Notes: generated by a model from the sequence alone, not told the origin. A DNA stretch of 64,000 bases from Octopus vulgaris (GCA_951406725.2 OX597831.1:83886001-83950000); one strand, 5' to 3'. Shown: positions 40,401 through 52,296, counted from the first letter of the stretch. Numbers and translations: made by a program.

Positions 40401-41502
40401 TTAATGATGAACATGTTTCTAGATCACAAGCACGAAAATAGCTTGATTTCCTTTATCAACACCATATTCGATAGATTTAGCAAATGCCACAGGCCCTCAC
40501 TTCTGACCAAGCGACATCAGATAGTGGGGGGAGGTGTGCATATGTTAAAACTAAGTAATGACTGAGAACGTAAATTTTCCCTCCAAAAATTCTGCCGTGT
40601 GCGCCGCCTGGCCGATCGCAATGGAATAAGAAGTCCACATGGTAATACAATAAAAGTGGTAAATAATTTTTCAGTGGTTTTTCATATAACCAACAATTAT
40701 TTACCGGCAAAATTCCGGTATGTAAATATGACAAATTCATCGTCAGGAACTTCTGGAAAGTTCAGTATATAGTGAAAATAAAGGGCGGGCAGCAGGCTGC
40801 CTCGCCGCATACCGGAGGAATTAGAAATGGCAGTCAAAGACTGTTTTTTCCATTTTCTATAAGTGGATTTTCCAAATACGACGAACCCTGCGGTTCACAT
40901 ACGCAAAAAACGGAGTAGCAAATAAACGAAACCAATCTCTTACCGTTAATGATGAACATGTTTCTAGATCACAAGCACGAAAATAGCTTGATTTCCTTTA
41001 TCAACACCATATTCGATAGATTTAGCAAATGCCACAGGCCCTCACTTCTGACCAAGCGACATCAGATAGTGGGGGGAGGTGTGCATATGTTAAAACTAAG
41101 TAATGACTGAGAACGTAAATTTTCCCTCCAAAAATTCTGCCGTGTGCGCCGCCTGGCCGATCGCAATGGAATAAGAAGTCCACATGGTAATACAATAAAA
41201 ATGGTAAATAATTTTTCAGTGGTTTTTCATATAACCAACAATTATTTACCGGCAAAATTCCGGTATGTAAATATGACAAATTCATCGTCAGGAACTTCTG
41301 GAAAGTTCAGTATATAGTGAAAATAATTAAAGGGCGGGCAGCAGGCTGCCTCGCCGCATACCATGTGGACTTCTTATTCCATTGCGATCGGCCAGGCGGC
41401 GCACACGGCAGAATTTTTGGAGGGAAAATTTACGTTCTCAGTCATTACTTAGTTTTAACATATGCACACCTCCCCCCACTATCTGATGTCGCTTGGTCAG
41501 AA
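37480..41502 (-). mobile_element. Retrozyme-like tandem array: 7 x ~549 bp + 45-bp partial + inverted segment 41362-41502, within (TA)n
   Basis: Unit starts 37480, 38029, 38576, 39125, 39674, 40223, 40772, 41317; near-identical units; one HHR variant per unit. Confidence 0.9.
37661..37722 (-). ncRNA. Type I hammerhead, U3-A8 core variant (also at 38210, 38757, 39306, 39855, 40404, 40949)
   Basis: atggtg TTGATAA a-GGA-aat-CAAGC..GCTTG-tga-TCT-a GAA ACATGT T catcat. Confidence 0.7.
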
Positions 41503-41503
41503 A

Positions 41504-41550
<47 letters not shown>

Positions 41551-41554
<4 letters not shown>

Positions 41555-41760
41555 ATAAAACGGTAAGATAACAAAAGAAAGAAAGAGACCTCAATATTAT
41601 GTAAATAGAGGAAATTTATCTATACAATATGTTACATTACTCGGTAGTCAAGATAAAACTCTGAGTTTCAGATGCCGAAGTGAAAATCCACAACACCATC
41701 TCTTCGGTTATCTGGCTCTGAAACTCAGAGTTTTATCTTGACTACCGAGTAATGTAACAT

Positions 41761-41765
<5 letters not shown>
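41551..41765 (-). mobile_element. Short PLE-type element with 5' inversion (41717-41765) and HHR-like motif 41651-41713 (terminus repeated at ~47119-47183)
   Basis: agataa CCGAAGA GATG..CATC-t GAA ACT cag AGT T ttatct; (TA)n on both sides. Confidence 0.7.
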
Positions 41766-41798
<33 letters not shown>

Positions 41799-41803
<5 letters not shown>

Positions 41804-42275
41804 ATATTTCGGAATGGTCATATTGCCAGTTTAGCCAATAAAAACACACGCACTATATATTTGGTGTTATTTTGCTTCAGTGATATTTATTTTTTACATT
41901 AATCTTAATCTTATTTCGGCCAAAGTTCTTTCGTCACACTCCTGTGACCGCATCAGTGGTCCTTTGTTTTCTTCTCACTTACTTGTGTCTCTCCTTACTA
42001 ACCGTCAGCCATTTTGTATTTCTATTGTATGTCTTCATTTGCGCATGCTTATATCTCTATGTGCGTCTATGTTTATTTAGTGTGTGGGGGGGATGTCTGT
42101 AATATTTGTATCTTCTGTTTATATACATTCTTGTAATTTGTATTTTGTTTTTGTTGTTGTTGCTTTTGTTCTAATTTTGTTCATGTGTTTACATCCACCC
42201 ATTATTATCATTACATATGCTTGTATGTATGTATAACAACAATATTAGTAATAATAATAATAAATCTAATCGAAA

Positions 42276-42317
<42 letters not shown>

Positions 42318-44353
42318 GAAAAGAATATACATATACATATATATATATACATACATATACATATACATATACATATATATATATACATACATATACACAT
42401 ACATATACATATATATGCACATATACACACATATATACACATATAGATATTCATTTCTATTTCTTTAATTACCTGTGTATTTATTATGTTTGCAGGATCC
42501 ACTATTGTCATATGTTGTGGTGTGCGCTATTGCTCCATTCTAGTTTTCTATTCAGGCTAGGTTTATTTTCTATTATATGTGTAGCTTCTGTAATTTGTCT
42601 AATTGTTGCATCTGTTCTATGTGTTGACAATATCTTAATCTCTATGTTATTGATTGATCCCCCGTGTTCTTGTTCGGCGTGTTGGTACAGAATCGATGAG
42701 CTTTTACCTTCCTTGAGTTGTCTCCAATGTTCATTCACCCGCTCACCAATGCTTCTTGCAGTTTCCCCTACGTATGTTACTGTCTTGTTACTGCATCGTC
42801 CCTCTATACATCTTATACTATAGACCACATTTCTGGCTTTACAGTTCGTTTGTGGGCTAAATCTACATACAGTGCAATAGTTATCCGTACAGAGAGTTCT
42901 ACTAAAAGGATAGCTTCTACCAATTATAGATCTGATAGGGTTGCCTGGCTTTTCAACAACCTTAATTCTTAGTTTAAGTTTATCTAGGGTCCTTCTAAAG
43001 CGGTACGCTAGTTCACCTCCAGGGGTGGTGTCAACGAACATGACACTCTGGTATTTATGGCTATCATACCAAGAGTTGGCCTTCCCTATTTTCTTTTTTG
43101 TCCTTTCTATAGTGTTCCATGACTTGTTCCTATAGAGTGGGCAAATCCCATTCCTATCATTACATAATATATTATCAAATTTCTTCATGGCTCCTTTGTA
43201 TACTCTGATCCTTTCTTTATGGCTGTAACCTGAGAACTGCATGCGGTGAATGAAATACTGTATGTGTCTCTTTAATTCTGTAGGCTCGCACATGCGTGAC
43301 ACATTTCTCATTATTCTGATGAGGTCTGCCATCAAAATATTGAATTTGGCATTGCCCGCAATGGCTGTGTTCCGGTGGATCAGGTATTTTGAGGCCATAG
43401 GTTTTGCATAGTATGAATGAAGGATTTGGGTTTTATTTTTCACAATTTCTAGCCAGAGTTCAGTGTCTAGTACTGGTAGTCTATGGTTGGGGTGTTTAGT
43501 GGGGTAGTCTATTGTGACCTTAATACTCTGGTGGATGGAGTTAGCTATTTGCTGGATGCTCTCTATAGTATTAGTTTCTATTACTATATCAACAGTACCC
43601 TCTTGTGGGGGTGCCTTTACTACTATATTGATATCATCAACATAGCGAGAGTACATGTTTACGAGTATGGATTTCTGCAGTAGGCATTCTTTAAGCCTTC
43701 TGTCCCACCATACCATGAAGAGGTTGGCCACATCACCAGCGATACTAACACCGATGGCTGCCCCCACGTCCTGGGCATATATTTTATTATTAAATTTAAA
43801 TGTGTGGCCTTTTAGGGTAACTCTTATACTAGCTCCTAGTGCATGTGCGATCATTTTCTTTACCTGATGGACATTTGCGGGGCTCCGTATGGCTCTGGTC
43901 CATCCGCGCCATCTTTCTATATGTGTCTTCCTAGCCATAGAAGTAATTGTAGGCGGTCTACCTCTTAAACATCTACTGGGGCAGAAACTACTAAGATTAT
44001 GTTTATCTAAGTATTCACTATTATATGTCAGTCTAAGTAGGAGGCCCAGTTCTTCTGTGTCGACATTACAGAACTCCAACTGGCTCTCGTTGATCATCTC
44101 CACGCACTTCTCCACTGCAAAATCTACGTCAATCGATGGGTATAGGGATACCACATCCATGCTACCTACTATACATCCTGTCAAGTCACAAGTTTTGTTA
44201 CAGTCACTGATCCTGCTTAGGAGAACTTTGGCCGAAATAAGATTAAGATTAATGTAAAAAATAAATATCACTGAAGCAAAATAACACCAAATATATAGTG
44301 CGTGTGTTTTTATTGGCTAAACTGGCAATATGACCATTCCGAAATATAACAAT
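41799..44353 (-). mobile_element. 5'-truncated Penelope-like element with inverted pLTR segment (44221-44353)
   Basis: 44221-44353 is the reverse complement of ~41797-41929; 3' end in (TA)n; solo pLTR at ~56628-56855. Confidence 0.9.
42508..44220 (-). CDS. PLE RT + GIY-YIG endonuclease, uninterrupted but 5'-truncated
   Basis: SMDVVSLYPSI, GAAIGVSIAGDVANLFM, RYVDDI, LPVLD, Cys linker, VVYSIRC..YVGETAR..R..EH..TEA..LN. The first ~17 aa of the listed ORF come from the inverted pLTR. Confidence 0.92.
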   Translation of the reverse strand, partial: LSRISDCNKTCDLTGCIVGSMDVVSLYPSIDVDFAVEKCVEMINESQLEFCNVDTEELGLLLRLTYNSEYLDKHNLSSFCPSRCLRGRPPTITSMARKTHIERWRGWTRAIRSPANVHQVKKMIAHALGASIRVTLKGHTFKFNNKIYAQDVGAAIGVSIAGDVANLFMVWWDRRLKECLLQKSILVNMYSRYVDDINIVVKAPPQEGTVDIVIETNTIESIQQIANSIHQSIKVTIDYPTKHPNHRLPVLDTELWLEIVKNKTQILHSYYAKPMASKYLIHRNTAIAGNAKFNILMADLIRIMRNVSRMCEPTELKRHIQYFIHRMQFSGYSHKERIRVYKGAMKKFDNILCNDRNGICPLYRNKSWNTIERTKKKIGKANSWYDSHKYQSVMFVDTTPGGELAYRFRRTLDKLKLRIKVVEKPGNPIRSIIGRSYPFSRTLCTDNYCTVCRFSPQTNCKARNVVYSIRCIEGRCSNKTVTYVGETARSIGERVNEHWRQLKEGKSSSILYQHAEQEHGGSINNIEIKILSTHRTDATIRQITEATHIIENKPSLNRKLEWSNSAHHNI

Positions 44354-44656
44354 ATCTGTTTCAACACACGACTTCACATAAAAAATCTTGCACAACAAAT
44401 ATTTAAACGTATATATATATATATATATATATATATACGTATATATAAATATATAGGATTCTCGTATAAATATTTATATGTATGCATATATATACACGCG
44501 CGAGCACACACACATGCATATAAAAACATAGATGTACACACTCTATCAAAAATACATGCGAAGTACTACGTATACTTACAAATATTTCTGAATGCGCAAG
44601 CATTAATATATATTTCATAAATGAGTGTATATTTGTTATTATACAAGTATATACTT

Positions 44657-44692
<36 letters not shown>

Positions 44693-44979
44693 TTTGTCTC
44701 TCTCTCTCTCACTTTTACTTGATCTGTCCCCTTCTCTCTCTTTTCTCTCTACTCATCCTCTTTTTCTCTTCTCTTTCCTCTGATTCTTTGGTCTACTCTT
44801 CCCCGACCCTTCCAGTTCTTTGTCTCGCTCTGCACTCACAGGTCAATCTTCGACACCCATCCCTTCTCCTCTCTGATTCCTTCTTTCTCTCTCTTCTCTC
44901 CCCTTGTTGCGTTTGTCCCTCCTCTCTCTCTCTCTTCTCTCTCTTTCTTCCTTCCTTTGCTTCTCTTTCTTTTCTTTTC

Positions 44980-45485
44980 TCTCTTCTCTGTCACGTGACC
45001 GCTGGCCGAAATCTGCCTCTCAGCTTCCCACCAGCGACGTGTTAACATCGTTGTTTTTCATCCGCCGCCAAGGCATCGCCGATAAGGCTCCTTTCCAATG
45101 CGCCAGAGAAAATTTGTTTGCTTGTTATCAGTCGTAAGACACTTGTTGTTGTTTTCACCGTTAATGCTTCTGTATTTCATGTTTCTGTATTCCATTATTG
45201 TTTTTTGCCTTTTATATTCGTCCCTTTTGCTGTCCCGGTGTTCGTATGCATTCGATCCTTCTTCCAGGAAATCTACGCTCCCAGCTTAGTTTTTCTAATG
45301 CTCGTTGCTTAGTTTTTCTTGGAGGGCTGGCCGTGATCTAGTAATCTCAAGATTAATCAGCCGAAATTACTACGATGATCCGGTTCTTGACTGAAGACTG
45401 AGGGTTTCGAATGTCCTGTCCGTGTTTATTGTATCGTCTTCTAAGAGTTATACGTTCTTGTCCATGTTGTATTTTTCTACATACC
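44980..45485 (+). mobile_element. Family Y element preceded by a CT-rich tract (~44700-44990), 3' end at (TA)n
   Basis: Homology to 27737-28088; contains the intact permuted hammerhead. Confidence 0.7.
45249..45413 (+). ncRNA. Candidate non-circularly permuted hammerhead ribozyme (family Y)
   Basis: TAGTAAT C TCAAGA ttaat CAGCC GAA ATTACTA..TCTTGA CTGAAGA: 7-bp stem III, AUC site, 6-bp stem I. Confidence 0.7.
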
Positions 45486-45489
45486 TTAA

Positions 45490-45520
<31 letters not shown>

Positions 45521-45576
45521 GATGATATAAAAAAAAAATATATATATATATATATATACACAGGGACATATATATA

Positions 45577-45617
<41 letters not shown>

Positions 45618-45738
45618 TTGATATAAATATATATATTTAATATTATATATATATAATATATATATATGTATATCTATATATTGTATGTATATTTGTATGA
45701 AAACGTGCATATTTCTATACAAATATACGTATATATAT

Positions 45739-45770
<32 letters not shown>

Positions 45771-46282
45771 CTCTTATTATAAAAGACAGATTTTATCAGC
45801 CTCCCTTTGGGAGTTATACAAATCTACAATATAGGATTTCTTCAATTACAATTTACCTAGCAGTTTTAAGAGTACAATGCATCGCGTCATGCCAGGTCCA
45901 GTTTTTAAAATTTAAACTCCAATTAAGCAAACTTTACAGAAAACTCACATTCTGGTGTGTGTGTCAAATGCTTTTCTTAGTCTGGTTTACACCACACGCA
46001 AACGCACACACACAGTGGGCAACGAATAAAATGAAAGTAATTGACTTACTGTAGTGAGTGATTCTTTCACTCTGCTTCCCACTTCCTCTTTCCACACAGA
46101 CACGCAAATATATAAATAAAATTGTAAGCTAACGTGCGTGTGTGTGAGTGTGTGTGTGTGTGTGTGTGCGTGCGCTTGTGTGTGTGTGTGTGACGGTGCG
46201 TGTGTGTGTGTGTGCGTGTGCGTGAGTGTGTGACAGGAAAGTTTTTTTACACGAATATAACACCTATATCCAAGTAGCAGAA

Positions 46283-46471
46283 AGATAAGACAGTAAGGTG
46301 TGATTTGAGGGAGATTTGGCTGCTATTTCTACCATGTCTAGCTGCCATGTAGGGGTCTCCCTCATAGGCTCATACATACATATATACATAGATAAGACAG
46401 TAAGGTGTGATTTGGGGGAAATTTGGCTGCTATTTCTACCAGGTCTAGCTACCATGTAGAGGTCCCCCTCA
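46283..46471 (+). repeat. Two ~107-bp direct repeats of a short interspersed motif
   Basis: GATAAGACAGTAAGGTGTGATTTG..TTTGGCTGCTATTTCTACCA.GTCTAGCT.CCATGTAG twice. Confidence 0.75.
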
Positions 46472-46767
46472 ATTCTTTTATTCTTCTGCTTTTTCCAGCC
46501 ATTGCTCTGTGGCCATGCTGGGGCAATGCCTTGAAGAATTGTAGTTTAATGAATCAACTCCAGTTTTATTTTTGTAAGCATTGTACTTATTCTATCTGTT
46601 TCCTTTGTCAAACCACTAGGTGACAGGGATGTAAACAAACCAACATTCGTTGTCAAGCAGTGGTGGAGGACAATCACAAGCACAGACACGCACACACACA
46701 CACATACATGCATACACATATACACACATACATACATACATATATATATATGTGTGTATATATATAT

Positions 46768-47090
46768 TGCAGCGTGGAAGGTGTTTGTAAGCCATTTAAG
46801 AAACACACAAAAACCGTTACATTCACTTCAACATTTAAATTTAATTTGCCAAAATATTTTCGTCGCTTTGAGACCGCGACCTGTTCACTGACAAAAATAT
46901 CGTGCTAACAGGTCGCGGTCTCAAAGCGACGAAAATATTTTGACAAATTTAATTTAAATGTTGAAGTGAATCTAACGGTTTTTGTGTGTTTCTTAAATGG
47001 CTTATAAACACCTTCAACGCTGCAACTGTTTTCGTTCCAGCACACGATCTCAGATCAAGTCACTTGCTATGCAAGTACATCTCTGTAACT
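46768..47090. mobile_element. PLE-type element with foldback 5' inversion; G3-C8 hammerhead at 46845-46895 (-)
   Basis: 46768-46886 is the reverse complement of 46907-47024; tttgtca GTGAACA g GTCGC..GCGAC GAA AATATT T tggcaaa. Confidence 0.75.
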
Positions 47091-47183
47091 ATATATATAT
47101 TTATATATATATATGTATATTGGTAAAAACAGTAAGATAACAAAAGAAAGAAAGAGACCTCAATATTATGTAAATAGAGGAAA

Positions 47184-47577
47184 TCTTTATATATAAAAGT
47201 GACGTTGTGTGTCTGTCTCCTACGATTTAGATTCCTAACTACTCCCACATTTTGCGGTGCAGTTTAACCAAAACCGGGTATCTTATAGTCGTGATTCATA
47301 TCGAGACCGTCTGGGTATTAGCGCGCGTCTACGATGAGTCTACGATTTTAAAAAAAATTTACCATCAATTTTTCCCATTTTTAATCCATTTTTGACATAT
47401 ATAAGGGAAGTAACTCTCTAAAATTTATTATTAAATCTCAGAACGTAAAAAGCTACAGTAACACCCCTCCCCCTTTGTGGTTAGCCATATTGAGATGGCT
47501 ATTATACTTTACATCTCTAAAAATGCTTATATAATTATTTCCCTTACAAACCCGAGCAACGCCGGGCGATACTGCTA

Positions 47578-47578
<1 letters not shown>
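47184..47578 (+). mobile_element. Non-autonomous Helitron
   Basis: A|TC start, same hairpin and CTAG|T end; inserted into a copy of the 41551 family. Confidence 0.88.
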
Positions 47579-47625
<47 letters not shown>

Positions 47626-48123
47626 ATATATATATATATATATATATTAAATATATATATATATATATATTAAATATATATATATATAATTATATATATG
47701 TCCCTGTGTGTGTATATATATATATATATATATTGATTGATTGATTGATTGATTCTAGTTTCAGCTCATGAGCTGTGGCCATGCTGGGGCACCGCCATTT
47801 GGTGTTGCTACTTGGTTTTACTTCACGAAAGCTTTTTAGCAACTGCCATATATATATATATTTATATCATCGTCTACATGCACACACTTACACAAACACG
47901 CACACACATATCAATTAGTTCAGGGGGAATCTAGGTGCATCAACACGTAGGGTGCCAGAAATGGCTAGGTGCAATAACACAGAGTTCCCAGTGAGGTACA
48001 CAACAATTAAGGTATGAAGTGTTGTTAGGATGCTGTTGTGGACAAAATGCAATCTAATGTTGGTTGGACTCACCACTATCGAAGCGTTATTTCGCCTGTT
48101 TTGATATCTTACCTTCTAAAAAC

Positions 48124-48204
48124 TTTACCTGAAGATGGTGGTTTATATGTATGATGTAATCTTTGAATATATCAATAAAATTCTACCGAAACAACTATCG
48201 TAAA
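48124..48204 (+). ncRNA. Decayed type I hammerhead
   Basis: tttac CTGAAGA t GGTGG..CTACC GAAAC aact ATC gtaaa; stems I and II intact, stem III mutated. Confidence 0.55.
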
Positions 48205-48333
48205 TTTTAAAGCACATTCTTGTTCTCTGCTTATACATATATATCAATACAGTGCATGGGCTCTGTAACAGCTGTTAGAGACACTTTATAATTCATATAT
48301 CAATACATATAATAATCTTATGTAAATATGTAG

Positions 48334-48392
<59 letters not shown>

Positions 48393-48901
48393 GTGTGTGT
48401 TTGTGTGTGTGTGTTTCTCTCTCTTTTCTCTTTTACTCGTTTCAGTTATTTGACTGCGGCCATGCTGGAGCACCGCAGGACTTATTTTTTTGGAAGCCCA
48501 GTGCTTATTCTATCGGTCTCTTTTGCTGAACCGCTAAGTTACGGGGACGTGGACACACCACCATCGGTTGTCAAGCGATGTTGCGGTGGGGACAAACAGA
48601 CACACAAATATATGCACACACATACATATGTATGTATATATATATATATATACGTATATATGACGGGCTTCTTTCAGTTTCCATCTATCAAATCCACTAT
48701 GTATGTATATATGTATATATACACACACATATTTCATCTTAATATGCGAAATTATATATATGCATGTACGTATGTATGTATATATGTATGTATGTAGGTA
48801 TGTATGTATGTATGCTTGTATGTATAATATATGCACGTATATATATATACATACATATATATATGTATGTATGTATATATATATATACATACATATATAT
48901 G

Positions 48902-48937
<36 letters not shown>

Positions 48938-49061
48938 CATACATATACATACATATATATGTATGCATGTGTGTGTATATATATATACATTCATACATAT
49001 ATATGTATGTATATGTATGCATATATATATATACATGCATATATTATACATACATACCTAT

Positions 49062-49112
<51 letters not shown>

Positions 49113-49124
49113 CATATATATACA

Positions 49125-49187
<63 letters not shown>

Positions 49188-49191
<4 letters not shown>

Positions 49192-49575
49192 AATCCAAAC
49201 GGGAAAACAAGAAAACAACAACAATGGAACAATTACAGTATTATTATTAATAGGCGCTCAGGAAATGGAAGCAGGAAGGTATGACGTTTCGAGCGGAGCT
49301 CTTCGTCGGAAACATAAAGAAGGAAGAGAGAGGAAAGAAAGATCCCAAAGCGGGCAACAGGGATAGAGAAAAAAAAAACGACTGGTGTTTACGAGTTACA
49401 CATGGTGAAAGGCGGAAGTTTACGATAACAAGAGCAAAGTAGGTTTTTAAAGCCAAAGAGTGGAGACAAGGTTGGTAACGCAACAGATGTGTGTGTATGT
49501 GTGAGTGTGTGCGTGTGCGTGTGTGTATGTGTGTGTGTGAGGCGAGATAAAAAAACAAAAAATATATGTATGTGT
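49188..49575 (-). mobile_element. 3' end/pLTR of the 28262 Penelope family (related variant 52500-52707, +)
   Basis: Reverse complement of ~32770-33160; HHR-like motif at 49280-49314. Confidence 0.85.
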
Positions 49576-49992
49576 TAGACGAAAGTATGTCTGTATATAT
49601 AAATATGCATGAAAATAAGAATATTTATATCCGATATATATATTTATCTACACATGTTTAGCAAATAAATATACGCAGATGTTTATATGCATATAAATAT
49701 GTGTCTATATGTATACACATATTTGTAAAACGTATTCATAAGATCTGTATATACACATACATTCCTATATATGTATGCATCTGTGTATATATATGTTTAT
49801 ATATATATATATATATATAAATATATGTGTGTGTGTGTGTGTGTGTATATACACAGACACACACATGTACATATATATATATATATCTATAAACATATGT
49901 ACACACAAACGCATACATGTATACGAATGTATGTGTATATACAAATTTATGAATATTTTTTACAAATATGTGTATACATACGTATATATATG

Positions 49993-50023
<31 letters not shown>

Positions 50024-50593
50024 ATATGTATATACATATAGGTATGTATATACATACATATATATATAAATATACATGCTTAAACGTGCGTGTATATATA
50101 TATATGTATTTCTTTTATTCTTTTATTTGTTAATTGTTTCGGTCATTTGACGGCTTCCATGCTCGAGCACCACCTTTAATCGAAGAGATCGAACCTAGGA
50201 CTTATTGTTTGTGAGCCTAGTTCTTTGTCTTTTCAGTAATTTTGCCGAACTGCTAAGTTACGCGACGTAAGCACACCAACATCAGGCGATGGTGCGGAGA
50301 CAAACACAGACATACAAATACATCCATACATACTTACATATATATTTCTGTGTGTGTGTGTGTGTGTGTGTGACAAGCTTCTTTCAGTTTCCGTGTACCA
50401 AATCCATTCGCAAGTCTTTGGTCGGCCCGAGGGTATAGTAGAAGACACTTGCCGAAGGTGCCACATCGTGCGACTGAACCCGAAACTACGTTGTTGGGCA
50501 GCAAGCTTCTTACCACACAGCCTCGCCTATATGTATGTGTATATATATAATGTATACATGTATATAAAAATATATATATCTTTAATACATGTT

Positions 50594-50683
<90 letters not shown>

Positions 50684-50933
50684 CATATATATATGTGTAT
50701 ATGTATGTGTGCATGTGCATATATGTGTGTGTCTGTAGATAGACAGATAGATAGATAGATACATACATACATACATACATACATACATACATAGACAGAC
50801 AGACAGATAGATATGCACATACACACACGAATCTGTGTATATACCCATCTGTATATATATATACGTATATAAGGTTGAATATATACATTTGTAGGGATAT
50901 ACGATTACACACACACACACACACACATACACA

Positions 50934-50976
<43 letters not shown>

Positions 50977-51711
50977 GCACTGACACACACACGCAAATGC
51001 AGTATTCAAATCTCTAAGCATTCCACACTCACCACACCTGCATTAACACTTTTTCATCTTCGTATCTGATAAAGACGAACGAATACGATGCAGCAGCAAT
51101 AGTATATTTGTAGTAGTAGTAGTAGTAGTAATAATATTAATATTGGTAACAATAGTAATAGTAGCAGTAGTCGTAGGAATATCGTTAGTGGCAGCAGATA
51201 CAGTGGTAGTAGTAGTAGTAGTAGCAGCGATATTCAGACGGTTTTACTTCGCAATTTATTCACGTTGGAAACGTTAAGCCGACTACTACTGTCTGCCTGG
51301 CTTCGCTGCTGCCTTGCATACCTTCCGACCGACCAAGTCCCCATAACCCTCTGTCTCTACTCCTTCGTCAACTATCCTTCCCAACCCGTTCAGTAGAAAA
51401 TGGATTTGCCCAAAACCATCAGCCACACCCATTTCATTTAGCTGTCTTTGTGTGTTTTTCGCTTTTATAATTCATCAATAACCCTTCTTTCCTGCCTACG
51501 TTTTGCACTCCGCCCATTAGCAGAAGCTCTACTGCATTGAAGGACTTCCTACTGGCGGCCGATTGGCAGAATCGTTAGAACGGCGAACAAAATATACCTT
51601 CTCTGTTATTTGTTCCGAGTCACTCCGTTGTCAGTTCAAATCCTACTTATGCCAGCTTTGCTTTTCATCCATAATGGTTATCTATAATTACTGTACCATC
51701 CTAAAGAAGAC

Positions 51712-51893
51712 GGTGTAACGTCGGTATAGGTACTTAAAGTACAGGGCACATTTCAAGAAAGTGTTTTTTTCTATATATGGGGGGAGTTAGGGTTAGGGAT
51801 AGGGTTTGTATTAGGGTTAAGGGTTTCTGTTATCTTCAGAAATGTAAACAAAGCCACTTACGGTACTTACGGTACCTATACCGAAGGATCGCC
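51712..51893. mobile_element. MITE with imperfect 22-bp TIRs, 8-bp TSD and internal TTAGGG-like repeats
   Basis: TSD AAGAAGAC at 51704 and 51894; TCGGTATAGGTAC / GTACCTATACCGA. Confidence 0.7.
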
Positions 51894-52254
51894 AAGAAGA
51901 CAATTCTATCTTAGTGTTCCTAACTAATACTAGGGTTAGGAACACTAGGTAGAATTCTTTTTTTAATTACGCGCATTAATTGCAATACCAACCAATGTTC
52001 TGTGTGCCTTGGACGTTTATTTTTTTATTTGCTTCAGTCATTAGAATGCAGCCATACTGGAGCACCTCATTGAAGGGAGTTTTTGGTCGAACAAATTCAC
52101 TCCAGTCCTTAGTTTTTTAAGTGTGGCACATGTTCAATCGGTCATTTTTGCAGAACTGCAAGTTACGGTGATGTAAACAAACCAGTATCGGTTGTCAAGC
52201 GGTGGTGGGTGGGAGATGAATGCACACACATGTATATACACACTTACACACACA

Positions 52255-52296
<42 letters not shown>

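Noticed and set aside
37734-41285. Repeated 87-aa ORF in the 549-bp units; array considered as a tandem gene cluster or CRISPR
   Set aside because: No recognisable motif, frameshifted in unit 2 and start-disrupted in unit 4; units have no unique spacers.
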